Positions 26,789-36,524 of a stretch of DNA of 64,000 nucleotides are shown here, piece by piece. Origin of the DNA: Vampirovibrionales bacterium (lineage in GTDB: Bacteria; Cyanobacteriota; Vampirovibrionia; Vampirovibrionales; JAJTHC01). The DNA lies in the NCBI GenBank assembly GCA_044358835.1, contig JBIKNF010000004.1, positions 20,047 to 84,046 of the forward strand, given 5' to 3'. The position numbers were made by a program, and so were the translations under genes. Position 1 is the stretch's first letter, and every line of letters starts with the position of its first letter. The notes beneath the pieces are model-generated. The model saw nothing but the letters and a program-made list of their open reading frames with translations, was not told where the DNA came from and did no database searches.

Positions 26789-27163
26789 ATGAATCAACGT
26801 CAAACGTTTTCACGAGTCGATCGAGTGCGTAAAGCCATTCAACGTGAAATGGGAGATATTTTACGCACGGAAATCAAGGACCCTCGCTTGGATGATCTAG
26901 TCATTTCAGTCACCGAAGTAGATTTAACACCTGATTTAAGTGTCGCTAAAATCTATTTAAGCATTTTTTTAGACGATGAAGACGAGCGTAACGAAATCAT
27001 GACGATTTTAATTTCTCATGAAGCCAAGGCTCGAAAAGCCTTGGGGCATCGGATTCGTTTGCGTCACACCCCTGAAGTGCATTTTAAGTTTGACGATTCA
27101 CTAGAGCGTGGCGTGCGGATGAGTCAATTGCTCGACAAAATCGCGCGTGGTGAAATTCAATAA
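26789..27163 (+). CDS. rbfA: Ribosome-binding factor A
   Basis: IKDPRL, TEVDLTPDLSVAKIY and RIRLRHTPEVHFKFDDSLERG. Confidence 0.95.
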   Translation: MNQRQTFSRVDRVRKAIQREMGDILRTEIKDPRLDDLVISVTEVDLTPDLSVAKIYLSIFLDDEDERNEIMTILISHEAKARKALGHRIRLRHTPEVHFKFDDSLERGVRMSQLLDKIARGEIQ

Positions 27164-27201
27164 CCCTTTTTTTATTAGACGTCTACAATGAGGATGAAAA
27201 A

Positions 27202-28002
27202 ATGAGCCAAGGCAACCATTATACGTTGATTTCATGGAATGTAAATGGCATTCGTGCGGCTCATAAAAAAGGCTTTTTAGACTGGCTTGAAAAAACCGCG
27301 CCTGATGTCTTATGCTTGCAAGAAACCAAGATTCAAGATCACCAACTCACCGAAGAAATGCGCCATCCCCCAGGAGGCTACCATGCTTACTATAGCCACG
27401 CCACGCGGCCGGGTTATAGCGGAACAGCCATTTACTCTCGCATAGAACCCTTAAACGTGGTGGAAGGCTTTGGGGTGGATCGCTTTGATTGTGAAGGTCG
27501 TACCCTAATGGCTGAATTCGAAGAGTTTATTTTGTACGGCATGTACTACCCCAATGGCACTTCAGGATCCGAGCGTTTGCAGTATAAAATGGACTTTTAT
27601 CATGCATTTTTAAACGATCACATTAAGCCCCTTCAGGCCCAAACTGGCAAACCTATTGTATTGACGGGTGATTTTAATACCGCCCATTATGCCATTGATT
27701 TGGCCCGCCCTAAAGAAAATGAGAACGTTTCGGGGTTTTTACCACAAGAACGGGCGTGGATGGATGACTTGGTGGAGGCTGGCTTTGTGGATACCTTTCG
27801 TTTAAAACACCCTGAAGAAGCAGAGCGTTATAGTTGGTGGGCCATGCGCACCCGCGCCAGAGAACGTAACGTGGGTTGGCGGATTGATTACTTTTTTGCC
27901 TCTGAATCGCTAAGGCCCTATATTGTGGATGCAGACATTCATGACCAGACCGAAGGCTCTGATCATGCCCCTGTTTTTTTGGAACTTCAATTTCCTTCTT
28001 AA
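27202..28002 (+). CDS. xth: Exodeoxyribonuclease III / AP endonuclease
   Basis: SWNVNGIRA, CLQETK, GDFNTAH, GWRIDYF and GSDHAP. Confidence 0.95.
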   Translation: MSQGNHYTLISWNVNGIRAAHKKGFLDWLEKTAPDVLCLQETKIQDHQLTEEMRHPPGGYHAYYSHATRPGYSGTAIYSRIEPLNVVEGFGVDRFDCEGRTLMAEFEEFILYGMYYPNGTSGSERLQYKMDFYHAFLNDHIKPLQAQTGKPIVLTGDFNTAHYAIDLARPKENENVSGFLPQERAWMDDLVEAGFVDTFRLKHPEEAERYSWWAMRTRARERNVGWRIDYFFASESLRPYIVDADIHDQTEGSDHAPVFLELQFPS

Positions 28003-28101
28003 GGACGGGGCTGCCTGTGTGTTCTTGAAAAAAGACTTGGTGCCCCGTCACTTTTATGTTAGAATGAAGCATGTTTTATTTTAAGTAAAGGGATCTTAAT
28101 C

Positions 28102-28815
28102 ATGCGTTCATTTGTAAAAGCGATTGCAGGCATTGCGAATCAGGATGTAGAGAGCGTTGCTTGTTTGGCACAAGTTGCAGAACGAGCAGGCGTCCAAGCG
28201 TTGGATGTTTCAGCCAATGTGGCGTGTGTTCAAGTGGCTCGTGCGGCGTTTAGTGGCCAATTGTTTGCTTCAGCAGTTTCTGCTCAAGCGTTACGTTTGG
28301 CTGTTGAAGCAGGGGCAGATGTCGCTGAACTGGGTAATTTTGATGACATGTACGCCCGCGGTGAATTCATCAGCGCTGCGGAAGTGATGACCTTGGCGGA
28401 AGAAAGTCTGCTTGCTTTAGCAGGTAAAGCCCCCCTTTGTGTCACGATTCCAGGTCATTTAAATCGTCAAACACAGCTGGAAATGCTCCATGCCTTGGCA
28501 GATATGGGCGTTGCCATGGTACAAACTGAAGGGGCCATTCGCTTATTGAATGATGAGAAAGTGCAATTACTTTCGGTTGAAGAAAAAGCAGCGATGTCCC
28601 TTGAAAATGCCCGCTTTTTGGCAGAAGCAAACGTCTTGCCCGTGATGGTGGCCTCTGGAATATCGTCAAATAATACGCTACAGGCCCTTCAAACAGGCGC
28701 GCTTGCTGTTGGGATTGGGTCTTCATTTAACAAGTTGGATTCAGAAGAAGCGATGTTGGCTGAACTACAGGCGTGCCAAGTGGCTGTTCAAAACGTTTTG
28801 AAAGCCATCGCTTAA
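28102..28815 (+). CDS. DUF561/Ycf23 family TIM-barrel protein
   Basis: KAIAGIAN, ELGNFD..Y, CVTIPGH and VQTEG motifs recalled for Ycf23. Confidence 0.75.
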   Translation: MRSFVKAIAGIANQDVESVACLAQVAERAGVQALDVSANVACVQVARAAFSGQLFASAVSAQALRLAVEAGADVAELGNFDDMYARGEFISAAEVMTLAEESLLALAGKAPLCVTIPGHLNRQTQLEMLHALADMGVAMVQTEGAIRLLNDEKVQLLSVEEKAAMSLENARFLAEANVLPVMVASGISSNNTLQALQTGALAVGIGSSFNKLDSEEAMLAELQACQVAVQNVLKAIA

Positions 28816-29004
28816 GGCTCAATGATTTACAGGGACAGAGATCCATCCCTAATACAGGCTTAAAGGCCGTTTAAACGGTAAGAAAATGACGGTGATTCGC
28901 TTATGGCAAGACGCTAAAAACTACGTCTCAAACGCTAGATTTCTAGCAACTTTTGAGTCTGTGTCGTTTTTATTCTTTTATCACGAAGAACGGAGTCTTC
29001 TTTT

Positions 29005-30291
29005 ATGCCTCATTCTAATACTTACCCCATTAAAACACAGGACGTTACTTTAAATACGGAGACGACTAACACGAACGCTTTTGAACCCATTCAGCCCAAT
29101 AGTCGCTTGGCCAGTTTGCCCCTGTATGTTTTTGCAAGCCTTGAAGGCTTAAAGCAAAGCGTTCGCGAAAGTGGCCTAGCCCTAATTGACTTGGGCATGG
29201 GAAATCCTGATCAGCCTACGCACCCTGATATTTTAAATGCGTTGCATCATGCTATTTTAGACCCTGAAAACCATGGCTACCCCAGCTTTAAAGGCAAAGC
29301 CACTTTAAGAGAAGCCATCGCACAATGGATGCATCGTCGCTATCATATTTCCTTAAATCCCGATTCTCAAATCCTACCGCTCATTGGTTCAAAAGAAGGG
29401 ATTGCCAATGTTATTTTGGCTTACTTAGAACCGGGTGATATTTGCTTGGTGCCTTCTTTATACTACCCCACCTATCAACGATCCACCGTCATTTCGGGGG
29501 GTACCCCTTATTTCATGCCACTCACAGAAGACACTCATTTTTTACCTGACTTAGACGCCATTCCCGCTGAAGTGTGTAAAAAAGCCAAACTACTGTTGTT
29601 GAACTATCCAAATAACCCCACAGGGGCGGAAGCGAGTGCTGAATTTTATGAAAAAGCCATCGCTTTTGCCAAGTTGCATCGCTTGGTGTTGGTGACGGAT
29701 ATGGCCTATGGTGAAATTGCCTTTGACGACTATCAGCCCCTTTCCATTATGGAGTTTGAAGGGGCGGAAGATGTGGCCATTGAGTTTCATTCCTTTTCTA
29801 AAACCTTTCACATGGCCGGCTGGCGTTTGGGCTTTGCGGTGGGGGCTAAATCCGTTATACGTAACCTGTATTTAGGCAAAACCACCATTGACTACGGCGT
29901 GTGTAACTCCATTCAAGACGCCGGCACTTACGCGCTAAATCACGCGGAACGCTTGATTAAACCCATGTGTGCCATGTATCAAGAACGACGGGATTACCTG
30001 GTTCAAGGCTTTTCAGACTTGGGGTGGGAAGTACAGTCGCCAAAATCGAGTTTTTACTTGTGGATGAAAATCCCACCCGTGTTTCAGGATTCTTATGAGT
30101 GGATTGAATACTTGATGCGTCAAACAGGTGTGGTGGTTACTCCAGGGGGTGCGTTTGGATCTGACGGTGATACCTATTTCAGGGTATCGCTTGTTTCCCC
30201 GATGGAAAAACTCAAGCGGGCACTTAAGGTGTTGCATCAAAAAGGCATTCGCTTTGACATGGAAGCCCCTGATAAAAAACCAGTGGTTTAA
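29005..30291 (+). CDS. PLP-dependent class I aminotransferase (LL-diaminopimelate aminotransferase-like)
   Basis: DLGMGNPD, GSKEG, NYPNNPTG, DMAY and SFSKTFHMAGWRLGF. Confidence 0.88.
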   Translation: MPHSNTYPIKTQDVTLNTETTNTNAFEPIQPNSRLASLPLYVFASLEGLKQSVRESGLALIDLGMGNPDQPTHPDILNALHHAILDPENHGYPSFKGKATLREAIAQWMHRRYHISLNPDSQILPLIGSKEGIANVILAYLEPGDICLVPSLYYPTYQRSTVISGGTPYFMPLTEDTHFLPDLDAIPAEVCKKAKLLLLNYPNNPTGAEASAEFYEKAIAFAKLHRLVLVTDMAYGEIAFDDYQPLSIMEFEGAEDVAIEFHSFSKTFHMAGWRLGFAVGAKSVIRNLYLGKTTIDYGVCNSIQDAGTYALNHAERLIKPMCAMYQERRDYLVQGFSDLGWEVQSPKSSFYLWMKIPPVFQDSYEWIEYLMRQTGVVVTPGGAFGSDGDTYFRVSLVSPMEKLKRALKVLHQKGIRFDMEAPDKKPVV

Positions 30292-30371
30292 ATTTTCCAC
30301 TTGCGCTACAATAGGAACCATATACATACCTTTGGTGCTGAAACACTGACCTGTTGTGTAGGAATACTTAG

Positions 30372-30989
30372 ATGCTTGAACGCTTTTTAGAACAAACGCC
30401 CGTGCCCCTCCTGTGGGGAGCATCCCTTTTAGTAGGTTACCTCATGGGTGCCATTCCTATGGGATATTTGGTCGCTAAACTCTTTTATAAGAAAGACATT
30501 ACCCAAGAAGGCAGTGGTAATACAGGTGGCACAAATGTAATGCGCTTATGTGGTAAAACAGCGGGGCTTGCCGTGTATGCCCTTGATTTTATTAAAGCGG
30601 CCTTGCCTGTTTTGTTATTCAAGTTTCTTTTCCCTCAAAACGCTTGGTTGCATTTGGCGGTAGGCGTCTTGGCCATTGTGGGTCATTCCAAATCAATTTT
30701 CTTAGGCTTTAAAGGCGGTAAAAGTGCCATGAGTTCGTTGGGCGTTATTTTTGCCCTTTCGCCCTTTTCGGCATTGATTTTGGGGGTCCTTTCCGTTATT
30801 TTGATTTTAAGCACACGGCTGGTGTCTGTCGCTTCTTTAACGGGGGCCTTTTTAGCACCGCTCTTAATGTACCTATTGGGTTCACCCAAGCCTTATGTGG
30901 GTTTTGGTGTTGTCGCATGCGTCTTGGTTTTTCTTCGTCATCGAGACAACATCAAACGTTTACTGGCAGGCACGGAAAATAAAATTTAA
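30372..30989 (+). CDS. plsY: Glycerol-3-phosphate acyltransferase PlsY
   Basis: GSGNTGGTN, GH..SIFLGFKGGK and RHRDNIKRL..GTE. Confidence 0.95.
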   Translation: MLERFLEQTPVPLLWGASLLVGYLMGAIPMGYLVAKLFYKKDITQEGSGNTGGTNVMRLCGKTAGLAVYALDFIKAALPVLLFKFLFPQNAWLHLAVGVLAIVGHSKSIFLGFKGGKSAMSSLGVIFALSPFSALILGVLSVILILSTRLVSVASLTGAFLAPLLMYLLGSPKPYVGFGVVACVLVFLRHRDNIKRLLAGTENKI

Positions 30990-31015
30990 GACTTAAAGGA
31001 TTTTAGACGACTTTT

Positions 31016-32056
31016 ATGAAGACAGACGAACCCGCTAAAAAATTAACTATTCTAGGTACAGGGAGTTGGGGCTTGACCTTGGCTTGGATTGCCGCCCAAA
31101 GTCAATTAAGAGACCCCGCTAAAGCTCGCATGCAAGTGACGCTGTGGGGAAGAAATGAAGCCAAGGTGGCAGAGTTCAAAAAAACCCGTCACGTGGACTT
31201 TCCCGTTCAAATGGATATTCCCGCTTGTGTGGAGATGACGTCCGATTTAGCCACTGCCGTGAAAGACGCCGATGCGGTTTTGTTTGTTGTCACCGCAAAG
31301 GCGACTCGTGAAGTGGCGCAAGCCATTTTAGAAACAGGTGCCTTGCCTAAAACAGCGATGCTCGTTAATGCGTCTAAAGGCTTGGAATATCCTTCTTTAA
31401 AGACGATGTCTCGGGTGTTGAAAGAGTTTTTTCCTCATCATAAAATTGGGGTTTTGTCTGGGCCTACACTGGCTAAAGAAATTTTAAAGGGGCTCCCAAC
31501 AGCGTGTACCATTTCGGCGGAATCTCTTGAAACGGCGAAAGTTTTGCAAGAAATGCTCAATTGCGACAGGCAGTTTCGTTTGTACACCAATACCGATGTG
31601 TTGGGTGTGGAACTGGCGGGTGCGTCAAAAAACGTTTTTGCTATTGCCAGTGGCTTTATGACGGCTCAAGAATTAGGAGACAACGCCAAGGCTTCTTTAC
31701 TGACAAGGGGTTTGGCGGAAATGGCTCGTTTTTGCCTGGCTCAAAAAGCGGAAGAATCCACCATTTACGGCTTGGCAGGCTTGGGCGATATGTTAGCCAC
31801 GTGTAATTCGCCGTTAAGTCGTAACTTTCAAGTGGGCTTTCGGCTAGGTAACGGTGAACCCTTGGCAGACATTCTGGCGGATATGAAAGTGGTGGCTGAA
31901 GGGGTTCAAGCGGCCAAAGCGGTGCATAAAATGGCTCAAGAACTGGGATTGGATATGCCTATTGTGGATTTGGTGATGGAAGCGGTGAGTGGCACTAAAG
32001 TGTCTAAAGAAATGATGATTCGTTCCTTGATGAACCGCAAGCTCAAGGCGGAGTAA
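31016..32056 (+). CDS. gpsA: NAD(P)H-dependent glycerol-3-phosphate dehydrogenase
   Basis: GTGSWG, NASKGLE, LSGPTLA, KNVFAIA, GLGDMLATC and SRN. Confidence 0.95.
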   Translation: MKTDEPAKKLTILGTGSWGLTLAWIAAQSQLRDPAKARMQVTLWGRNEAKVAEFKKTRHVDFPVQMDIPACVEMTSDLATAVKDADAVLFVVTAKATREVAQAILETGALPKTAMLVNASKGLEYPSLKTMSRVLKEFFPHHKIGVLSGPTLAKEILKGLPTACTISAESLETAKVLQEMLNCDRQFRLYTNTDVLGVELAGASKNVFAIASGFMTAQELGDNAKASLLTRGLAEMARFCLAQKAEESTIYGLAGLGDMLATCNSPLSRNFQVGFRLGNGEPLADILADMKVVAEGVQAAKAVHKMAQELGLDMPIVDLVMEAVSGTKVSKEMMIRSLMNRKLKAE

Positions 32057-32071
32057 TGGCGTTCGAACACG

Positions 32072-32148
32072 ATAGTGCTTGAAAGATAAAACGGTCTATG
32101 GTCTCTTGGTTTTCGCTACGATTTTTCTTGCTTGGTTATGTTCGTCTG
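32072..32148. repeat. Family B MITE fragment (left about 77 bp)
   Basis: ATAGTGCTTGAAAGATAAAACGGTCTATGGTCTCTT...GCTACGATTTTTCTTGCTTGGTTATG aligns to the left half of 9593-9738. Confidence 0.8.
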
Positions 32149-32150
32149 TA

Positions 32151-32390
32151 ACCAAAAAAGCGTGGGGTTTACGCACTAGGCAAAGCGCTTAAAAATACGT
32201 TATACTGAAAAAGAGTGGCTGTTTTGAACAGGCCTTCACACCCCCCAAAAAATCCTTGAAAATCGAGCAAAAAACCGACTTTTGTGGCCAAGAAACCGAC
32301 TTTTGTGGCCAGAAAACGGACTTTCGTGGCCAAGAAACCGACTTTCGTGGCCAGAAAACAGACTTTTGTGTGTCGGAAATTAGGCCATTT
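32151..32390. repeat. Family C dispersed element with a 5 x 21-bp tandem array, copy 1
   Basis: Homologous end to end to 49971-50190. GACT anchors at 32277, 32298, 32319, 32340 and 32361. Confidence 0.9.
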
Positions 32391-32506
32391 TTACATCTTT
32401 ATACGCGATTCAATCTTTAAAATGGTCAGAGAAAGTCTTGAAAACAATTTTATGCCCTGAGTTGAGCAAAACCCCCCTTGCTCTGTTTTTTACTTAAAAA
32501 ACTCTA

Positions 32507-33256
32507 TTAAACACGCGAAGCCTGATCATGTTTGGAAATCCACTGAATGCAGGTGTCCACAAAGCGACGGGGGGAACTCAAATACAAGTCTTCGGCATGA
32601 AAGTCGTCTTCAAATAAAATATGTTCACTTGGACTGGTGGCCTTTTCATGTAAAGCCGTGCCATGCCAAGCGTGAATGGTGCGATCTTTACCCCCACTTA
32701 AAAACAAAATGGGGATGTCTTCTAAGTGTTCGACTACATCAATAGGGTTGGTTTTGGGCAAAAATAGATTACCAGGGCGAATGGTAAAACTTCGCCAGAA
32801 CTCGAACTTCTTCATCGAAGGAATGAACGCTTCTTTTCGGTAAAATTCATTTTCAATTTTTTCAAACGAAACGGGCGCACTTACCGCAATGACGCCTTCT
32901 ACATCTTTATGAGAAGCCGCATGAATAATGGAAATCGCCGAACCTAGTGAAAAGCCCATGAGGGTCACTTTTTCATAGCGGGTTTTGGCAAAGGCCACCA
33001 CGGCTTCAAGATCTTGCGGTTCTTTGGCGGTGAAGGTGAAGGATCCTGAACTTTGGCCGTGGCCTCTGAAGTCTAGGGTGATGATGTCGTGATGCTTAAA
33101 AAAGTCTTCCGAAAGGCCTTTAAAGACTTTGGAATCTTTACACATGGCCCAGCCGTGGCAAATAATAATAACGCTATTGCGTTTTTGGTCATAATGATTT
33201 AAGGCGATGCGTTCGCCGTCTTTACTTTCAAGGAAACGTTCATTCATGGTGGTCAT
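32507..33256 (-). CDS. Alpha/beta-fold hydrolase (serine aminopeptidase S33-like)
   Basis: CHGW, DFRGHGQS, nucleophile GFSLG, acid GGKDRTI and His in DDFHAE. Confidence 0.88.
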   Translation of the reverse strand: MTTMNERFLESKDGERIALNHYDQKRNSVIIICHGWAMCKDSKVFKGLSEDFFKHHDIITLDFRGHGQSSGSFTFTAKEPQDLEAVVAFAKTRYEKVTLMGFSLGSAISIIHAASHKDVEGVIAVSAPVSFEKIENEFYRKEAFIPSMKKFEFWRSFTIRPGNLFLPKTNPIDVVEHLEDIPILFLSGGKDRTIHAWHGTALHEKATSPSEHILFEDDFHAEDLYLSSPRRFVDTCIQWISKHDQASRV

Positions 33257-33304
33257 GGCAAAAAATACTTTCTTTCGGGGGATTTATCGATACTATAACA
33301 CAGT

Positions 33305-35356
33305 TTAATCAGGTTTCGTTTCCTTTGTTTGAGCGAAAAAGTTTGCCACCTCCTCGATCGCTTCGCTCACATGCATTTTCGGCAGACTGGTGAGGATTGT
33401 TCGACCGTAGCCCTTGCTTCTAAGGCGTGTGTCTAACAACGCCACCACCCCTCGATCTTCGGTGCTTCTAAGCAAACGGCCAATGCCTTGCTTGAGCTTA
33501 ATAATGGCGTTGGGCACGACATAATCCCCAAACCAATCCGTGCCACGACGCTTCATGCGTTCTGTAATGGCTTGATGAATCGGTTCATCTGGCGGACTAA
33601 AGGGCAAGCGGTCAATAATGACTAAAGACAACTGCTCACCGGGAATATCAATCCCTTCCCAAAAGGTATAAGTCCCCAACAACACCGGAGATTCCGTTTC
33701 TTTGAACCATTCAATCAAGCGTTGACGAGGAAAATCGCCCTGTTTACGAATCGGGAATCGCGTTCTAAGGCTCAGTTCCAAGGCCATTTTGTCCATCGCG
33801 CTGTGGCTGGTAAACAAAATAAAAGCCCTGCCTCGGCTGGCGTGTAAAAGGGCCCCCATTTCTTCTGCCAAGGCCTGCCAATAGCCTTCGCCCTGGGGGG
33901 TTTCAGGAATACGGTGACTGGGTGGAATATAGCAAAGCATATTTCCCTGCGTGTTAAAGGCAGAAGGTAAAATGAGTTCACTGGTATGAAGCTCAACGGC
34001 GTGTCCGTCTTCATCAAAGGTGGTGCCCACTAAGCCAAGGGCATTTTTGAAGTACGTTAAGCGTTGACGCACGGAAAGCGTCGCACTGGTAAGCACCCCC
34101 AATTTTTTTGACCACACCTGTTGGCGCAAGATGCTATCCACTTCTAAGGGAGTAGAAATCAACTGAAAATTCAAACGTTCATGATCCAGCTCCGCCCAAT
34201 TCACCCGTTCTATGCCAGAATATTCAGACGATTCATGCACGAAAAATCCCCAAGCATCGACTAAGTTTTTCAACTGTTCTTTGATTTTGGCATGTTGTTG
34301 TTCTTTGGCTTGCTGTTTCTTCAGTTCGCTGGGGAAATCAGGCAGGCTTGGCACATCAATATCTTCCACCCACTGCAAGACGCTTTTCAACACGTCACGG
34401 ATTTGCAACGTGGTTTCATCCATTTCGGCATCAGGGTACAGGCGTATGGTCTGTTGATGCTTGGCTTTTTGAAGCAACTGATGCATCAACGACGATTCGG
34501 CTTCCTTCAACTGCCAAATGAGATCATCGGGCAGGGGAAGCAAATGTTTGTTGATTTTGCCCAGTAATTGTTGTGAACGATACCGCCCAATACGGGCTGA
34601 AAAGGCGTTCAAGGCATAGCTAATCAGGCTATGGGCTTCGTCCAAAATCAACACCTCATGCGGAGGCAAAAGCCCTCCCCCGCTCATGACATCTTGACAG
34701 TACAGCGCATGATTGGTGATGATGACATCGGCCTTGTCGACTTCTTCACGCGCTTGACGATACGGGTTTTGATCATAAAACCGACATTGCCAGCCCAAGC
34801 AATCTTCCGCATCACTGGCGACTTCCTTCCAAAGCTTGTTTGGCATTTCATGCGCGAGTTCCGCACGATCGCCTTCCCATCCTTCATACATCGCCGAACG
34901 CAATTGCTGAAATGCCAAACGCGTTTGCTTAATCTCCACATGTTCACGAGGCTTCTGCGTTCCTAGGCCTTCTTCGGCTTCTTCTAGCTTATGAATGCAC
35001 AAGTAATTGCCACGCCCTTTTACCAAGCGAACCTTCAGCTTTTTTTCATCCCCATACATGAGTTTGGCGAGAGCAGGTACATCCTTATGCAGTAACTGTT
35101 CTTGTAGGGCAATACTGCCTGTAGAAATCACAATCGGACGCTTAGGACTTAACAAGGCCGGCAGTAAATAGCCAAAGGATTTACCGGCCCCTGTCCCTGC
35201 TTCTACCATCAGGTGATTGCCGTTTGCGAGTGCGGCTTCCACGGCTTGCATCATGCGGATTTGAACGGGACGAACCTCGTAAGCGTCCCACGACTCAAGC
35301 ATCCCCACAAAGTCGGTGGAAGTCGTGTTTTCTTCTGTAGGGAGCGGGCTTGTCAT
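33305..35356 (-). CDS. dinG: DinG/YoaA family ATP-dependent helicase
   Basis: EAGTGAGKS, KGRGNYLC, ITNHAL, LDEAH, LTSATL, FWEGID, LPFSPP and QGIGRLLR. Confidence 0.92.
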   Translation of the reverse strand: MTSPLPTEENTTSTDFVGMLESWDAYEVRPVQIRMMQAVEAALANGNHLMVEAGTGAGKSFGYLLPALLSPKRPIVISTGSIALQEQLLHKDVPALAKLMYGDEKKLKVRLVKGRGNYLCIHKLEEAEEGLGTQKPREHVEIKQTRLAFQQLRSAMYEGWEGDRAELAHEMPNKLWKEVASDAEDCLGWQCRFYDQNPYRQAREEVDKADVIITNHALYCQDVMSGGGLLPPHEVLILDEAHSLISYALNAFSARIGRYRSQQLLGKINKHLLPLPDDLIWQLKEAESSLMHQLLQKAKHQQTIRLYPDAEMDETTLQIRDVLKSVLQWVEDIDVPSLPDFPSELKKQQAKEQQHAKIKEQLKNLVDAWGFFVHESSEYSGIERVNWAELDHERLNFQLISTPLEVDSILRQQVWSKKLGVLTSATLSVRQRLTYFKNALGLVGTTFDEDGHAVELHTSELILPSAFNTQGNMLCYIPPSHRIPETPQGEGYWQALAEEMGALLHASRGRAFILFTSHSAMDKMALELSLRTRFPIRKQGDFPRQRLIEWFKETESPVLLGTYTFWEGIDIPGEQLSLVIIDRLPFSPPDEPIHQAITERMKRRGTDWFGDYVVPNAIIKLKQGIGRLLRSTEDRGVVALLDTRLRSKGYGRTILTSLPKMHVSEAIEEVANFFAQTKETKPD

Positions 35357-35413
35357 TTAGTAGTGGGTCTCTTTTGCTACGGTATCCTTAGTTTAGCATG
35401 AAGAAAGAGAGCA

Positions 35414-36337
35414 CTACTCAAACAAACCCGCTTCACTTTGTTGTTGACGCATACGCAAGCGATCGACGTCTTCAGGCGTTAGGCGTTCCACACAATGCAG
35501 GCAAGAAACGCCCTTTTCGTAAGACGCCAGCGTGCGATCGGCTGGTTGAAGAGGCCATCCGCAGTTAAAGCACATTTCGTAACCCTCTTCCGCCAAACCA
35601 TGCCCCACCGCCACACGACGATCAAACACAAAGCAGGCGCCGTCCCACAAGCTTTCTTCAGGGGGAATCTCTTCCAAGTACTTGAGAATCCCTCCCTTCA
35701 AATGATACACCGATTCAAACCCGTGATTCAACATAAAGCTCGACGCCTTTTCACAACGAATCCCCCCCGTACAAAACATGGCCACTTTTTTGGTTTGGGT
35801 GGGATTTAATTGCGTTTCCACATAAGGCACAAATTCGGTGAAGGTTGAAATATGGGGATTGATCGCATTTTTAAAGGTGCCAATCGCCAGTTCATATTCA
35901 TTACGCGTGTCTATCACCAACACCTCAGGATCTTCCAACAACGCATTCCACTCATGCGGTTCCACATAAGTGCCGACCACGTCAGTAGGGGTGGCTTTGG
36001 GTGTTCGCATGGTCACAATTTCCTTTTTGAGACGCACTTTAAGGCGTCTAAAGGGTTTTTCTTGGGCATAAGACGTTTTCACTTCACCCTGTTTTATGCC
36101 AAAAAGAAGATTCAATTCATGTAAAAGGGCTTCCATGGCTGATTCTTGACCCGCAATCGTTCCATTGATGCCTTCAGGCGCAAGCAACAACGTGCCACAC
36201 ACCTGGTGTGCTTCACAGCAAGCGAAGACCCGTTCTTTGAGGGCTTCAAGATTTTCAAGCGCAACAAAGCGATAGAGCGCCACCACTTTCCACGTGGGTG
36301 AAGATTCAATGCAGGAGGCCTGACTTGTGGGATTCAT
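35414..36337 (-). CDS. trhO: Rhodanese-domain tRNA U34 hydroxylase (YceA/TrhO)
   Basis: APEGINGT, LKVRLKKEIVT, DTRNEYE..IGTF, MFCTGGIRCEKAS and GACFVFDRRV. Confidence 0.9.
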   Translation of the reverse strand: MNPTSQASCIESSPTWKVVALYRFVALENLEALKERVFACCEAHQVCGTLLLAPEGINGTIAGQESAMEALLHELNLLFGIKQGEVKTSYAQEKPFRRLKVRLKKEIVTMRTPKATPTDVVGTYVEPHEWNALLEDPEVLVIDTRNEYELAIGTFKNAINPHISTFTEFVPYVETQLNPTQTKKVAMFCTGGIRCEKASSFMLNHGFESVYHLKGGILKYLEEIPPEESLWDGACFVFDRRVAVGHGLAEEGYEMCFNCGWPLQPADRTLASYEKGVSCLHCVERLTPEDVDRLRMRQQQSEAGLFE

Positions 36338-36524
36338 CTTTATCTTTCCCCTACGAATGAAGAAAACAGCTTTATTTTATACGAAACCCGTCGGTTTGTC
36401 TTGTTTCTGTTCGGATTATCCCCTTTCAAGGGGAAATCCACCGGTGATTAGAGCTCGCTGTGTTAGTATTGCGCCTTTTCATGCTAAAATTAACAGTGTA
36501 CACGATTTTTATGAGGGAAGCTCG

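Noticed and set aside
32269-32375. 21-bp arrays as CRISPR arrays
   Set aside because: The units are contiguous with no unique spacers, are too short, and have no cas genes nearby.
32256-32420. 54-aa TTG-start ORF with (K/E)TDF(C/R)GQ repeats
   Set aside because: There is no SD, and the homologous frame in copy 2 is broken by a 22-bp unit, so the array is probably non-coding.
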